A DNA stretch of 64,000 nt from Alphaproteobacteria bacterium (GTDB lineage: Bacteria > Pseudomonadota > Alphaproteobacteria > Caulobacterales > Aquidulcibacteraceae). The notes beneath the pieces are model-generated. The model ran no database searches and had not been told where the DNA came from. It saw only the letters and a program-made list of their open reading frames with translations. Below, piece after piece: positions 47,426-57,160 of this stretch; position 1 is the first letter of the stretch; each line of letters opens with the position of its first letter. Made by a program: the position numbers and the translations under genes. The stretch covers positions 5,830 through 69,829 of the forward strand of contig JANNOO010000033.1 of NCBI GenBank assembly GCA_031399165.1, given 5' to 3'.

Positions 47426-47605
47426 ATGCTGGTATTCCTGACCTGGGCGTTTGAACTTGCGGCCGCCACGGCCATTGGCGGCGTGGTGACGGGCGTGACG
47501 CTGATCGCTTGCCTCGCCGTTTGGGCCAACACGCCGCGCACGGCGGCGATGGATGCGCCGCCCGTCTACGCGACGGACAACCCCTCCGGCCCCAACGCCG
47601 GCTAA
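47426..47605 (+). CDS. possible small membrane protein (59 aa)
   Basis: GGAGG lies ~8 nt upstream of ATG 47426. There is one hydrophobic helix (AIGGVVTGVTLIACLAVWA). No homology recognised. Confidence 0.35.
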   Translation: MLVFLTWAFELAAATAIGGVVTGVTLIACLAVWANTPRTAAMDAPPVYATDNPSGPNAG

Positions 47606-47665
47606 ACAGCAAAAACTGTATCTCGGCGAAGGCGCTTTCGGCTAAGCCAGAGCCAGGGGGCTCGC

Positions 47666-48967
47666 TTGACCGACGCGATCATACCTAATGCCGCGCCCAT
47701 GACCGCGCGCGCGCGCCTGCGCGCCATCTTTGGCGGCGCGGCGGGCAATCTCGTCGAATGGTACGATTGGTATGCCTATTCGGCGTTCACGCTCTACTTC
47801 GCCAAGAGTTTTTTTCCGCAAGGCGATCAGACAAGTCAGTTGGTCCAGGCCGCTTTGGTGTTCGCGGTCGGCTTTCTCGCCCGGCCGCTTGGCGCCTGGA
47901 TCATGGGACTTTACGCCGATCGCGCCGGCCGCAGAGCCGCGCTGGCGCTTTCAGTTGGCATGATGTGTTTTGGCTCGCTGGTGATCGCCGTCTGTCCCAC
48001 TTACGCGCAGATCGGCGCGGCGGCGCCTGCGGTTTTGGTCGCCGCGCGCATCCTGCAGGGCCTCAGCGTCGGCGGGGAATACGGCGCAAGCGCAACCTAT
48101 ATGAGCGAAATGGCTGGGGCGCGGCGGCGCGGCTTCTGGTCGAGCTTCCAATATGTCACGCTGGTCGGCGGACAATTGCTCGCGGTCGGCACGCTGATCG
48201 TGTTGCAGAACACGCTTACCCCGGAAGCGCTCGACGAATGGGGATGGCGCATTCCGTTTGCAATCGGCGCGGGCCTTGCCATTGTCGTATTCCTGATCCG
48301 TCTGGGCATTGCCGAATCCGCAAGTTTTGAAAACGCCCGCGGTCAAGAACGCGCCCGCACGATGATGCTGTTCCTGCGCTATCCGAAGGAATCGCTGATG
48401 GTCGCGGGGATTACCGCCGGCGGCTCGCTCGCGTTCTATGCCTACACGACGTACATGCAGAAATTCCTGGTCAACACCGCCGGATTCAGCCGCGATGACG
48501 CCAGCGCGATCAACGCCGCCACGCTGGTCGTGTTCATGCTGGTGCAGCCGCTTTATGGCTGGCTGTCCGATATCGTGGGCCGCAGGCCGATGCTGGTTAC
48601 GGCGTTTGCGCTGAACGCGCTGATCGCCATCCCACTGTTCACGGCGCTGGGCGCGACAACATCGCAACCTGCCGCTTTCGCGCTGTGCATGACCGGGCTG
48701 CTGGTCACGGCCTTCTACACCTCTGTCGGCACGGTGGTGAAAGCCGAGCTGTTTCCCGCCAATGTGCGCGCCCTCGGCGTGGCGCTGCCTTACGCGATCG
48801 CCACGGCCACGTTCGGCGGCACCGCCGAATACGTCGCGCTCAGCCTCAAGGATATCGGGTTCGAGCAGGGCTTTTACTTCTACGTGGCCGGCATGTCCGC
48901 CCTCGCCCTGCTGGTGGCCTTCCGCATGCGCGATACAAGGGACAAGAGCCTGATCGTCGAGGATTGA
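47666..48967 (+). CDS. MFS metabolite:H+ symporter (KgtP/ProP/ShiA-type MHS family)
   Basis: GNLVEWYDWYAYS, GLYADRAGRR and a 12-TM layout. An alternative ATG start at 47699 is possible. Confidence 0.85.
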   Translation: MTDAIIPNAAPMTARARLRAIFGGAAGNLVEWYDWYAYSAFTLYFAKSFFPQGDQTSQLVQAALVFAVGFLARPLGAWIMGLYADRAGRRAALALSVGMMCFGSLVIAVCPTYAQIGAAAPAVLVAARILQGLSVGGEYGASATYMSEMAGARRRGFWSSFQYVTLVGGQLLAVGTLIVLQNTLTPEALDEWGWRIPFAIGAGLAIVVFLIRLGIAESASFENARGQERARTMMLFLRYPKESLMVAGITAGGSLAFYAYTTYMQKFLVNTAGFSRDDASAINAATLVVFMLVQPLYGWLSDIVGRRPMLVTAFALNALIAIPLFTALGATTSQPAAFALCMTGLLVTAFYTSVGTVVKAELFPANVRALGVALPYAIATATFGGTAEYVALSLKDIGFEQGFYFYVAGMSALALLVAFRMRDTRDKSLIVED

Positions 48968-49028
48968 TCCGCGCGCTTGCACCGCCCGGCGGGCCCCTTT
49001 ATGTCTCCGGCCCCACCGGCTCGCCGGA

Positions 49029-49105
49029 GGTGGGGTAGCTCAGTTGGTTAGAGCGTGGGATTCATAACCCCAAGGTCGGGAGTTCAATTCTCCCCCCCAC
49101 CACCA
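49029..49105 (+). tRNA. tRNA with CAT anticodon (elongator Met, or Ile2 if lysidine-modified)
   Basis: Acceptor GGTGGGG/CCCCACC, D arm GCTC-AGTTGGTTA-GAGC, anticodon loop TTCATAA, T arm GGGAG-TTCAATT-CTCCC, encoded CCA. The 1:72 pair is intact, so this is not an initiator. There is an A31:C39 mismatch in the anticodon stem. Confidence 0.85.
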
Positions 49106-49222
49106 TGATTTCAGCAGGTTACCCGCTGGCCGCAGGGGCGCGCGTTAAATGATTGGCGCCGGGGGCGGAATTTAGTAGGCCAGCGCGCTAACCCTCCCGG
49201 GTTTTCTGACCGGGAGCCGGAA

Positions 49223-49298
49223 GCCGCCTTAGCTCAGCCGGTAGAGCACCGCATTCGTAATGCGGGGGTCAGGTGTTCGAGTCACCTAGGCGGCACCA
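49223..49298 (+). tRNA. tRNA-Thr (anticodon CGT)
   Basis: Acceptor GCCGCCT/AGGCGGC, D arm GCTC-AGCCGGTA-GAGC, anticodon arm CCGCA-TTCGTAA-TGCGG, T arm AGGTG-TTCGAGT-CACCT, encoded CCA. Confidence 0.95.
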
Positions 49299-49370
49299 TC
49301 CTCCAGTGCGGCCCGCTAGCGTGCGGCAAGTATCGCCCTGCCGCACGAGGCCCTATATTGCGCGGGTGAT

Positions 49371-50762
49371 TTGCATCCTACATCCCGGACGCCGCCGCCC
49401 TTGAGCACGCCGCCCGCTTCATTCTCCATCCTTGGCTGGACCGCCGCGCCTACGCGCGGCGAGATCGCCTTTGCCTATCACTGCAGCCGCTACGGCGATT
49501 TCGTCGAGACCTACCGATTTCCGCAGGCAGCGCTGGCCGCATTGACGAGCACACAGCACGCGCTGCTGAATCTGGCCGCAATCACGATCGGCGTTTCGTA
49601 TTACAAGGCCAATGCCTGCGGGCGAATTGTGCTTACCACGCCATTCGCCAACCCCGCCGCCCGCGATCTCGCGCATGCGCTTTACAGCGAGGGTCTCGGC
49701 GAATTCTATGTGCGCAACAGCCTGCCTTACCCGCCGCATTTTGTCTTCGAGCCCGCCGAACCCGCGTCATCACCACCGGCCAACGCTCAGCGCAACGCCC
49801 AAAAGCCCGAACGCGCCGTCGTGGCGTTCGGCGGCGGTATGGACAGCCACGTCGCGCTTGGCCTGGTCGAACGCGCAGGCGTCAGCGCAGCGCTGACCAG
49901 CGTCACCATGTCGGACAACATCAAGCGCGTGATCGCCGATTGCAGCGATGCGCCGGTGACGTTTATCGAGCGCGCGCTCGATCAGCGCCTGCTTGCCGCC
50001 AACAGGGCCGGCGCGCTCAATGGCCATATCCCCGTCACCGCGATCAATTCGCTGATCCTGATCCTGCACGCCAGTTTCACCGGCGCCGGCTGGGTCGTGT
50101 TCGCGAACGAAAAATCCGCCGACGAAGTCACCATGACGATCGGCGGCTACGGCGTGAACCACCAATTCAGCAAAACCCTTCGCGCTGAAGCGCTGTTGCG
50201 CGAAGCTGTGCGCGCCGCCGGACCTGACACGCCGGACTATTTCTCAGCTCTGCGGCCGGTAAGCGAACTCTGGATCGCGCGCGAACTGGCGCAGCTTCCC
50301 CGCTCCCTCGCCCGTTTCCGCTCCTGCAACCGCAATTTCGTCCTCTCTGACAAAGCGCGCATGCTCGATGGTCAGCGCTGGTGCGGGCAATGCGCCAAAT
50401 GCGTGTTTACTGCGCTGATCATGGCGCCGTTCCTGCGCCGCGCGCAAAGCGTCGACCTGTTCGGCGCCGACGTGCTAGAAGATCCCGCCAATCTGCCGCT
50501 GGCCGAGGAGCTTGCGGGCTTTACCGGCGCCAAGCCGTGGGAATGCGTCGGCACAGTCGAAGAAGTTTCCGCCGCGCTATCGCATCTGGCTGACGATCCC
50601 GACTGGCAGGGCGCACAGATCGTAGCCGCGCTCGCCCAGCGCGTGCGCGATCGCTCTGGCGCTGCTGCGTTGGCGGCGCATTTTAGTGAGGCCATGATTG
50701 CAAGCGGCGCGCATTTTCTGCCGCCGGCGATGGACTTCGCCGTCTCGCCGGAGCGCGTGTAA
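49371..50762 (+). CDS. murL: candidate UDP-MurNAc-L-Ala-L-Glu epimerase (MurL-like); PP-loop-like ATP-utilising protein
   Basis: 463 aa. PP-loop-like VVAFGGGMDSHVAL and a Cys pair WCGQCAKC. Its TAATG junction overlaps the MurD-family ligase gene by 1 nt. The assignment rests on the described MurD2/MurL pairing. TTG start. Confidence 0.55.
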   Translation: MHPTSRTPPPLSTPPASFSILGWTAAPTRGEIAFAYHCSRYGDFVETYRFPQAALAALTSTQHALLNLAAITIGVSYYKANACGRIVLTTPFANPAARDLAHALYSEGLGEFYVRNSLPYPPHFVFEPAEPASSPPANAQRNAQKPERAVVAFGGGMDSHVALGLVERAGVSAALTSVTMSDNIKRVIADCSDAPVTFIERALDQRLLAANRAGALNGHIPVTAINSLILILHASFTGAGWVVFANEKSADEVTMTIGGYGVNHQFSKTLRAEALLREAVRAAGPDTPDYFSALRPVSELWIARELAQLPRSLARFRSCNRNFVLSDKARMLDGQRWCGQCAKCVFTALIMAPFLRRAQSVDLFGADVLEDPANLPLAEELAGFTGAKPWECVGTVEEVSAALSHLADDPDWQGAQIVAALAQRVRDRSGAAALAAHFSEAMIASGAHFLPPAMDFAVSPERV

Positions 50763-52078
50763 TGCCGCGCGACATCGTTTTGATTGGCGCCGGACGCGAA
50801 GCGCAAGCGGCCGCAACCTATTTCCGCAGCGCCGCGCCGCCTTTCGTGTTTGATGACAATGCCGATAAAGCCCGCGCCTTTGCCGCCGCGAACGGCGCCA
50901 TTGCGCTTGCCTCGTCAGAAGTAATGACGCGCGCTGACGCCTTGTTTCTGCGCGCGCCCGGCATGGCTCCGCGCCACGATCTGCTTGTGGCGCTCAGCGG
51001 CGCCAAGCGCGAGGTCACGACCTATCTCGGCCACTGGCTCACAACGCATCGCCCCGCCGTCCTGGCGACGATCACCGGCAGCAAAGGCAAGAGCACCACG
51101 ACCGCGCTCTGCGCCGCAATCTTAGACAAGGCCGGCCTCAACGTGCGCGCCGGCGGCAATATCGGAATTGTGCCTGAAGGACCGCCGGGCGCGGCGCGCT
51201 GGGTGTTTGAAACCTCATCCTATCAATTGCACGACATCCCCGCTGCCGCCCCCGTGCATGCGATGACCACGCTCTATCCCGAACACCTGGATTGGCACGG
51301 CGGCTTCGACAATTATCTCGCCGCCAAGCTGCGCCCGTTCGCGATCGACGCAACGTGCAAAGGCGTCATTCCGCGCGTTCTTGCCGAACGGCTCAGACAT
51401 TTGCCGAACGAATTGCATCTGGCCGAAGATATTGTCGCGATTAGCGGCGGCGTGCTGACGCTCTCGCATGACGGCGCGCAAGCGAGCGCGCCGATTTCCG
51501 CGCTTGCCGCGGAGCGGCTTGCCAGTCCATTGTTGGCGTACAATTTTACCGTGGCGCTGGCTACAGCGACCATCGCCAGCGGCGCGCCGCTCGATGCACT
51601 CTGCCGCGCCGGCGATTGCGCACTCGCGACATGGACCGGCCTGCCTTCACGGCAAAACATGATCGGCGAATTCGCCCAGCGTGTCTGGGTGGACGATGCG
51701 CTCGCTACCATTCCGCAGGCCACGATGGCCGCGCTTCAGCGCTGGCCTGATCGCGCGGTGCGCCTCATCATGGGCGGACGAAACCGGGAGCAGGATTTCA
51801 CCGCCATGATCGAATACGTAAATGGCCGCGCCGACGTGTACGTCTATGCCTACGGCGATTCCACCGCCCGGTTCGCCGCCAGCCTCAAACGCGCGACCGT
51901 CTGCCAATCGCTCGACGAAGCGCTCGCCGCCGCTTTTGCCGACAGCAAGCCGGGCGAAGTGATGTTGTTCTCGCCAGCCGGCGCCACGAGCGAGCCCGGT
52001 TTCACCTATCAGGATCGCGCGCGCCGCTTTGCCGATTTCGCGAGGGCACAATCCGGAAAAGTGCAGGCCGATGGCTGA
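50762..52078 (+). CDS. murD2: MurD-family Mur ligase outside a dcw cluster (candidate UDP-MurNAc-L-Ala:L-Glu ligase MurD2)
   Basis: P-loop ITGSKGKSTTTALCAAIL, central and C-terminal Mur ligase domains, ~440 aa like MurD. It is coupled to the MurL-like gene. Confidence 0.65.
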   Translation: MPRDIVLIGAGREAQAAATYFRSAAPPFVFDDNADKARAFAAANGAIALASSEVMTRADALFLRAPGMAPRHDLLVALSGAKREVTTYLGHWLTTHRPAVLATITGSKGKSTTTALCAAILDKAGLNVRAGGNIGIVPEGPPGAARWVFETSSYQLHDIPAAAPVHAMTTLYPEHLDWHGGFDNYLAAKLRPFAIDATCKGVIPRVLAERLRHLPNELHLAEDIVAISGGVLTLSHDGAQASAPISALAAERLASPLLAYNFTVALATATIASGAPLDALCRAGDCALATWTGLPSRQNMIGEFAQRVWVDDALATIPQATMAALQRWPDRAVRLIMGGRNREQDFTAMIEYVNGRADVYVYAYGDSTARFAASLKRATVCQSLDEALAAAFADSKPGEVMLFSPAGATSEPGFTYQDRARRFADFARAQSGKVQADG

Positions 52079-52955
52079 TCTGTCAGGCCGAACCATTCGC
52101 GTCGTCGCGCCCGCCCGCTGGGTTGAAGACGTTATCCTGCAACGCTTCGCTGTGCTTGCAAACGCCGCCGGCGCGAAGGTTGAGATCGCGCCGCAATGCG
52201 CCATGCGCGACGGTCAGCTTGCCGGCGACGATTCCGCGCGCGCCAGCGCGCTGAATGACGCGATCACCGATCCTCACGTTGATATCATCTGGTGCGCGCG
52301 TGGCGGCTATGGCTCACCCCGCCTGCTCGACAAGGTCGATTTCAAAGCAGCACGGCGTGACAAATTCCTCGTCGGCTATAGCGACATGACGGCGCTACAC
52401 CAGCGCGCGCTGACAACGCGCGTGCGCCCAGTTCACGCCGCCATGCCTTTCGATCTGCGCCACGAAGACCGCGCCGGCAATTTGGAGCGCGCGCTGCATT
52501 TCTGCGGCGAACTGCTTGATGGCGATCCGGCGCCCCGCGTGTTCGATCTTGCCAGCGTCTCCCCCGGCGCAGCGCACGGCGCGCTGATCGCCGGCAATCT
52601 GCATGTGCTGACAGCGCTGCTGGGCACGGAATTCGAGCCGGACTGGCCTGACGCAATCCTGTGCGTTGAGGATGTCGGCGAATATTACTACGCCATAGAC
52701 CGGCTGTTCTGGCGGCTTTCCCATTCGCGTCTCGCGCCGCGCGTCAAAGGCCTCGCACTCGGCAGCTTCACCGAAAATGAGGACAACGAAATCCCGTGGG
52801 GAAAAACCGTAGAGCAGATCGCCGCTCTGCATTTTCCCAATATTCCCATCGCCACCGGCATGCCGATCGGACATGGCGCGCAGAACAAGCCGCTGGCGCT
52901 TGGCGCGCGCTGCACGCTTGACGTCAGCGGCAAAGCCGCGAGTCTGACCGTCTAG
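52071..52955 (+). CDS. ldcA: LD-carboxypeptidase (peptidase S66, muramoyltetrapeptide carboxypeptidase)
   Basis: ATG at 52071, overlapping the murD2 stop by 8 nt. It has GYSDMTALH (Ser nucleophile), CARGGYGS and the C-terminal ..PIGHG motif. Confidence 0.85.
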   Translation: MADLSGRTIRVVAPARWVEDVILQRFAVLANAAGAKVEIAPQCAMRDGQLAGDDSARASALNDAITDPHVDIIWCARGGYGSPRLLDKVDFKAARRDKFLVGYSDMTALHQRALTTRVRPVHAAMPFDLRHEDRAGNLERALHFCGELLDGDPAPRVFDLASVSPGAAHGALIAGNLHVLTALLGTEFEPDWPDAILCVEDVGEYYYAIDRLFWRLSHSRLAPRVKGLALGSFTENEDNEIPWGKTVEQIAALHFPNIPIATGMPIGHGAQNKPLALGARCTLDVSGKAASLTV

Positions 52956-54352
52956 GCGGAGGGAACGCCTACCAGCAGATCAGCGGCGAACGCCGAGAGC
53001 GTATCGTCGCGCGCGCCCATCACCACGATGCGATCGCCAGCCTGAACGAGCGAGAGCAGATACCGGCCGCATGCCGCCCGATCGTTCAAAGCCACAGCGT
53101 TGCGCCCCGCGGCGCCGACCCCCGCAACGATTTCCGCGCTGCCGACGCTGCGATCCACGGTGCCGCCGAAATAAACCGGCTCCGGCATCACCAGTACGTC
53201 TTGCGCGTTCAGATTGCGCGCGAAGCATTCGATCAGCGCCTCGCGCATGTGTTTCAGCGGGCCAAAACCGTGCGGCTGGAACATCACCAGCAGCCGGCCC
53301 GGAAAATCATGCAGTGTCTTCAGTGTTGCTTCGATCTTGTCGGGATTATGCGCGAAATCGTCGAATACCGTCACGCCCGCGCGCGATCCGACCAGTTCGA
53401 GCCGCCGGCGAATGCCGTCAAACCGTTGCAGCGCCTCAACCGCGCTGGAAAACGGAACGTCCATCGCCCGCGCCGCCGCAAGCGCCGCCAGTGCGTTGGA
53501 TACGTTATGACGCCCCGGCGCTCGCAAATGCACGTCCAGCACGTCGCCGCCGCGCTCACGCACCTCGAAGAAAATCCCATCAGGTTTCGGCATGACATGC
53601 GCGGCGAGAAAATTGGCGGCTGGATTATCGAGGCTGTAGGTGAGCGTCTTTCCCTGCGCGGCTGTGGCCAGATTGGCCACTTCCGCATTATCCAGATTGA
53701 GGATCGCCGTTTCGGACTTGCCCATGAAATCGCTGAACAGAGCGCGCAATTCATCAAGGCTCTTGTGATCGAGCGCGAGATTGTTGAGCACGGCGATGCG
53801 CGGCGTGTAGAGCGCGATCGAGCCATCACTCTCATCCACTTCCGAAACAAACGCTTCGCCCTTGCCAACCCGCGCCGAAGCAAACAGCGCATCGGCGCTG
53901 ACGAAATTCTTCATCACGGCGCCGTTCATGATCGTTGGATCGAGCCCGGCCTCGGTCAATATCCAGCCGATCATGCCCGTCGTAGTCGATTTGCCGCTCG
54001 TGCCGGCGACACCGATCGAGGCGGGCGCGGCGTTGAACAGCGAAGCGAGCAATTCCGCGCGCTTGACGAGGCTGGCGCCAGCCCGCCGCGCCGCCTGAAC
54101 GTCGGGCACGGTTTCCTCAACGGCGGCGGAAATCACCACGCGCTGAGCGGCGCGCGTCACGCCGCTGCCGTCCTGCGGATAGAGCCGCATGCCTTGCGCG
54201 CGCAGATAGGCGAATTTCTCCGGCGTGCGGCCCTGATCCAGCGAACGATCTGACCCTTCGACGGCATGGCCCTGCCCGCGCAGGATCAGCGCCAGCGGCA
54301 GCATGCCGCTGCCGCCAATACCGCAGAAAAAATAGGGCGCGTCGTCCGTCAT
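52952..54352 (-). CDS. MurC-family Mur ligase paralogue (Mpl/MurC-like)
   Basis: [28 protein letters not shown] (MurC/Mpl N-domain), [16 protein letters not shown]-loop, NVSNALAA and DDFAHNP motifs. Confidence 0.8.
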   Translation of the reverse strand: MTDDAPYFFCGIGGSGMLPLALILRGQGHAVEGSDRSLDQGRTPEKFAYLRAQGMRLYPQDGSGVTRAAQRVVISAAVEETVPDVQAARRAGASLVKRAELLASLFNAAPASIGVAGTSGKSTTTGMIGWILTEAGLDPTIMNGAVMKNFVSADALFASARVGKGEAFVSEVDESDGSIALYTPRIAVLNNLALDHKSLDELRALFSDFMGKSETAILNLDNAEVANLATAAQGKTLTYSLDNPAANFLAAHVMPKPDGIFFEVRERGGDVLDVHLRAPGRHNVSNALAALAAARAMDVPFSSAVEALQRFDGIRRRLELVGSRAGVTVFDDFAHNPDKIEATLKTLHDFPGRLLVMFQPHGFGPLKHMREALIECFARNLNAQDVLVMPEPVYFGGTVDRSVGSAEIVAGVGAAGRNAVALNDRAACGRYLLSLVQAGDRIVVMGARDDTLSAFAADLLVGVPSA

Positions 54353-54375
54353 GCGCCGGGTTTAAGCATCCCGGC

Positions 54376-55833
54376 TCAGGCTTGTCGCGCGGCTGGCGTA
54401 GGGCCGGGCACAGGACCGATCTGCGCGGCGCGCAGGGTTGGACCAGTAGACGGCTCAACGACCGTGGGCGCATCGACGCGCGCGCCAGCCGGCGGCAAAG
54501 CCAGTACGGAGCCCGCGCCCGCATCCCTGCCGCCGCGCTCCATCCGCGGATGAATCAGCTGGCCCGCGTCGCCATAGACGTAAACCAGCCGCGCCCAATC
54601 AGCGTCTTCATAGAAGAACGCCGGCCCATCTGGATCGAGATCGGACCAATCGGGTTCGCGCGGCGCAACCGCGGCCTGCGCAAGCCAATTGCGCGCGCCA
54701 ACCTCATCGCCCTTGCCACGGCAGACCACCGCAAACAGACCCGATATGCGCGAGGAGGGATTTTCGCGGAACGCTTCTTCCAGCGGGCCCCACGCGGCAT
54801 TCCAATCCTTGCGGTCGAGCGCCAGTTCGGCCGCCAGAATTTTGCTCTCGCGGTGATCGGGTTTCAGCCCCACCAGCGTCGCCATGCGCTTGGCGCGCTC
54901 AGCCGCGGTCTCGTCGTGCTTAAGATCGCGATAGGCGTGCGCGATCGCCGGGTGCGGCGCGTTTTCCCACGCCTCTTCCAGAATGCTCGCCGCCTTCCAG
55001 GCTTTCCCATCTTCGAGCATCAGCCGCGAAGCAAGCGCCGCGGCCGGCGCAAAGCCCGCAGACAAGCGCACGGCCTTTTCCACGCGATCAATCGCCCGGT
55101 CGAGCCGGCCTTCGCGATCTTCGCGCGCCGCCGATGCGGTCATCAGCACGGCCTTACGGCGCGTGACCACACGCAGCTCAACCAGTTTGCGCTTTTCGCC
55201 TTCTTCGAGGGCCTCGATCGCGCCGTCCCAATCGCCGGCCTGCACCTTGAGTTCAAACAGGGTAGTGAACGGCCAGGTCGATGATTTGGCGAGCTTCAGC
55301 GCCGCCTCCGCGTGGCTCATCGCCGCCTGGCGATCGCCGCGCTTTAGCGCCGAAGCCAGCAGCCCCTTGCGGCCGAGCAATTCGGTGTCTTCGTTGGCCA
55401 GCATGCCGGAATAGGCGCGCTCGGCGCCAGCAACATCGCCCGCCACTTCCGCCGCGCGCGCTTCCAGAAGATTGGCCAGGCGCGGTTCTTCAATCAGATT
55501 TTCCGCGCGTTCAGCGTGCTTGCGGGCATCCTCGAACTCGCCTGCCTCAGCGGCGATCAGACCGAGCGCCAGCGATTCCTGGCCTTTCTTGCGCCTCATC
55601 CGCTCATTGGCCTTGCCCAGACGGCCAGGCGAATCGAGCAGCAGCATCAGGAATCGGAGCAGCGGCAGCAGGAACGCCATGAGCAGCATCACCGCCAGAA
55701 CGCCAAACAACGCCGTGGTCTCGATCCGCGTGCCAAACCATTCGATCATCACCAGACCGGGTTGATTGGCGACGGAGATCGCCGCAAGCGCGGCGAACAC
55801 GGCAACAACGAGAAGGATCGCGATGCGAAGCAT
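54376..55833 (-). CDS. HemY-like membrane TPR protein
   Basis: Two N-terminal TM helices (MLRIAILLVVAVFAALAAI.., LFGVLAVMLLMAFLLPLL), then TPR-like repeats. It lies next to hemC/hemD. Confidence 0.8.
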   Translation of the reverse strand: MLRIAILLVVAVFAALAAISVANQPGLVMIEWFGTRIETTALFGVLAVMLLMAFLLPLLRFLMLLLDSPGRLGKANERMRRKKGQESLALGLIAAEAGEFEDARKHAERAENLIEEPRLANLLEARAAEVAGDVAGAERAYSGMLANEDTELLGRKGLLASALKRGDRQAAMSHAEAALKLAKSSTWPFTTLFELKVQAGDWDGAIEALEEGEKRKLVELRVVTRRKAVLMTASAAREDREGRLDRAIDRVEKAVRLSAGFAPAAALASRLMLEDGKAWKAASILEEAWENAPHPAIAHAYRDLKHDETAAERAKRMATLVGLKPDHRESKILAAELALDRKDWNAAWGPLEEAFRENPSSRISGLFAVVCRGKGDEVGARNWLAQAAVAPREPDWSDLDPDGPAFFYEDADWARLVYVYGDAGQLIHPRMERGGRDAGAGSVLALPPAGARVDAPTVVEPSTGPTLRAAQIGPVPGPTPAARQA

Positions 55834-55839
55834 GCCGGC

Positions 55840-57088
55840 CTAACCCTTCTTCGACAATTGCGAGCGGATCGCCGCCAGCCTCTGATCGATTTCCACGCGC
55901 GTCTTGGCCTTTTCGAGCCAGGGCGCGACGACTTTCGCCCCCTCGCCCTTCAGCTTGGAAAGCTGCGCCACCGCGCCGTCCAGATCGTTCGCCTTCATCT
56001 TCGCCGAAGCGCTTTCGACGAGGTCATTGCTATCGTCGCGCTCATCCACGCGGCGCACGACAACGAATTGTGCGAGGCTGGCCTGCACCTGCCCCCACAT
56101 GCCCGCGTCCGGATCGCCCACGCGCGCTGCACGCACCAGCTCCAGTTCAATCTTCGTGAACTGATCGCGCAATTGCTCGCGCGTTGGCGCGCCCTTCTTT
56201 GAAAGCGCGGCGAGCGCCACGACATTCGGGTCTTCCGGCAGCACGCCAACCAGCGCCGCGTAGGCTGGCTCGAACGGGCCAGACGAACGCGCCGCGTCCG
56301 TCGCGGCGGCGACCGCATAGGAAGCGCGCGCCGCATCCGTCGCATCCTTTGCGCCCTTGGCCACATCGGTGAACTGGCCCTGCAAATTATCTACGCGCGT
56401 GGCGACCGCGCCGACATTGGCGTCGAACTTGGCTTCCAGCGCTTTGTTTTGCGCCTGTAGCGCCTGGATCTGCGCCATCATGTCAGCGGGATTGACGCCA
56501 GCGGCCGCTTCGAACGAGAGCACTTTGCCAGCGCGCTTTTCGAGTTCGCCCATACGCGCCTGCAAACTCGCCGTGGCGCGCGCAACTCGCCGTGGCGCGC
56601 GCAACTTGCCCGTCAGTTGCAGCGGACGGGTCTTGCGGCAGCGCTTCCAGCGCCGCGAAACGCTGGCGCAAGGCCGCCGTTTCTTCCGGCCCGCCGGGAA
56701 ACAGCTTCAAGCCGACGTCAATGTTCGCCAGCTTTTTTTGCGCCGCGGCGACGTCCGCCTTCAGCTGTAGATAGTCGGCCTTGAATTGCGGCGACACGCC
56801 GCCGGCCGCATCGATCGCCTGCAATTTCAACTTGGCTTCCGCCAACGTGACGGCGGCCTGGGCCTGTGCAAGGCGCGTCTGCGTGAGTTCATCGGGCGCG
56901 GCTGCGTCCAGCAACGGCGCCAATGCCGGCGTACGCGGCGCAAGCGCGCCCAAAACACCGCCGCCCAGCGCAGACACACAAGCCAGCGCCACCGCTGCGC
57001 CCATGCCTACGCCGCGGCCCTGCGCCGGCTCGAAATCGGCGTCGATCGGTTCGGCGCGTCCGCGCTCGCCGGTATCGTTGGCGGCCAT
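55840..57088 (-). pseudogene. alphaproteobacterial Mic60/mitofilin-like (COG4223) gene interrupted by a frameshift
   Basis: ORFs 56483..57088 (N-terminal TM plus coiled coil) and 55840..56604 (C-terminal mitofilin-like part) overlap at a 19-bp tandem duplication. Deleting one copy joins ...ATDGQVARATA to SLQARMGELEK... in frame, giving 1230 nt. Confidence 0.7.
56565..56602. repeat. perfect 19-bp tandem duplication AACTCGCCGTGGCGCGCGC x2 (plus 4 nt of a third unit)
   Basis: Positions 56565-56583 are identical to 56584-56602, and 56603-56606 (AACT) repeat the unit start. Confidence 0.95.
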
Positions 57089-57160
57089 GAGAATCCCCTC
57101 GCGCCTACGCCTCTATTCAGGCGACTGATTCGCGAATCGTACGGCGAGCCTTGAATCGGC

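Noticed and set aside
49321-49346. The hairpin GTGCGGCA-N10-TGCCGCAC just after tRNA-Thr as an intrinsic terminator.
   Set aside because: No T-tract follows the stem. It may still be a processing or termination structure, but I cannot support the call.
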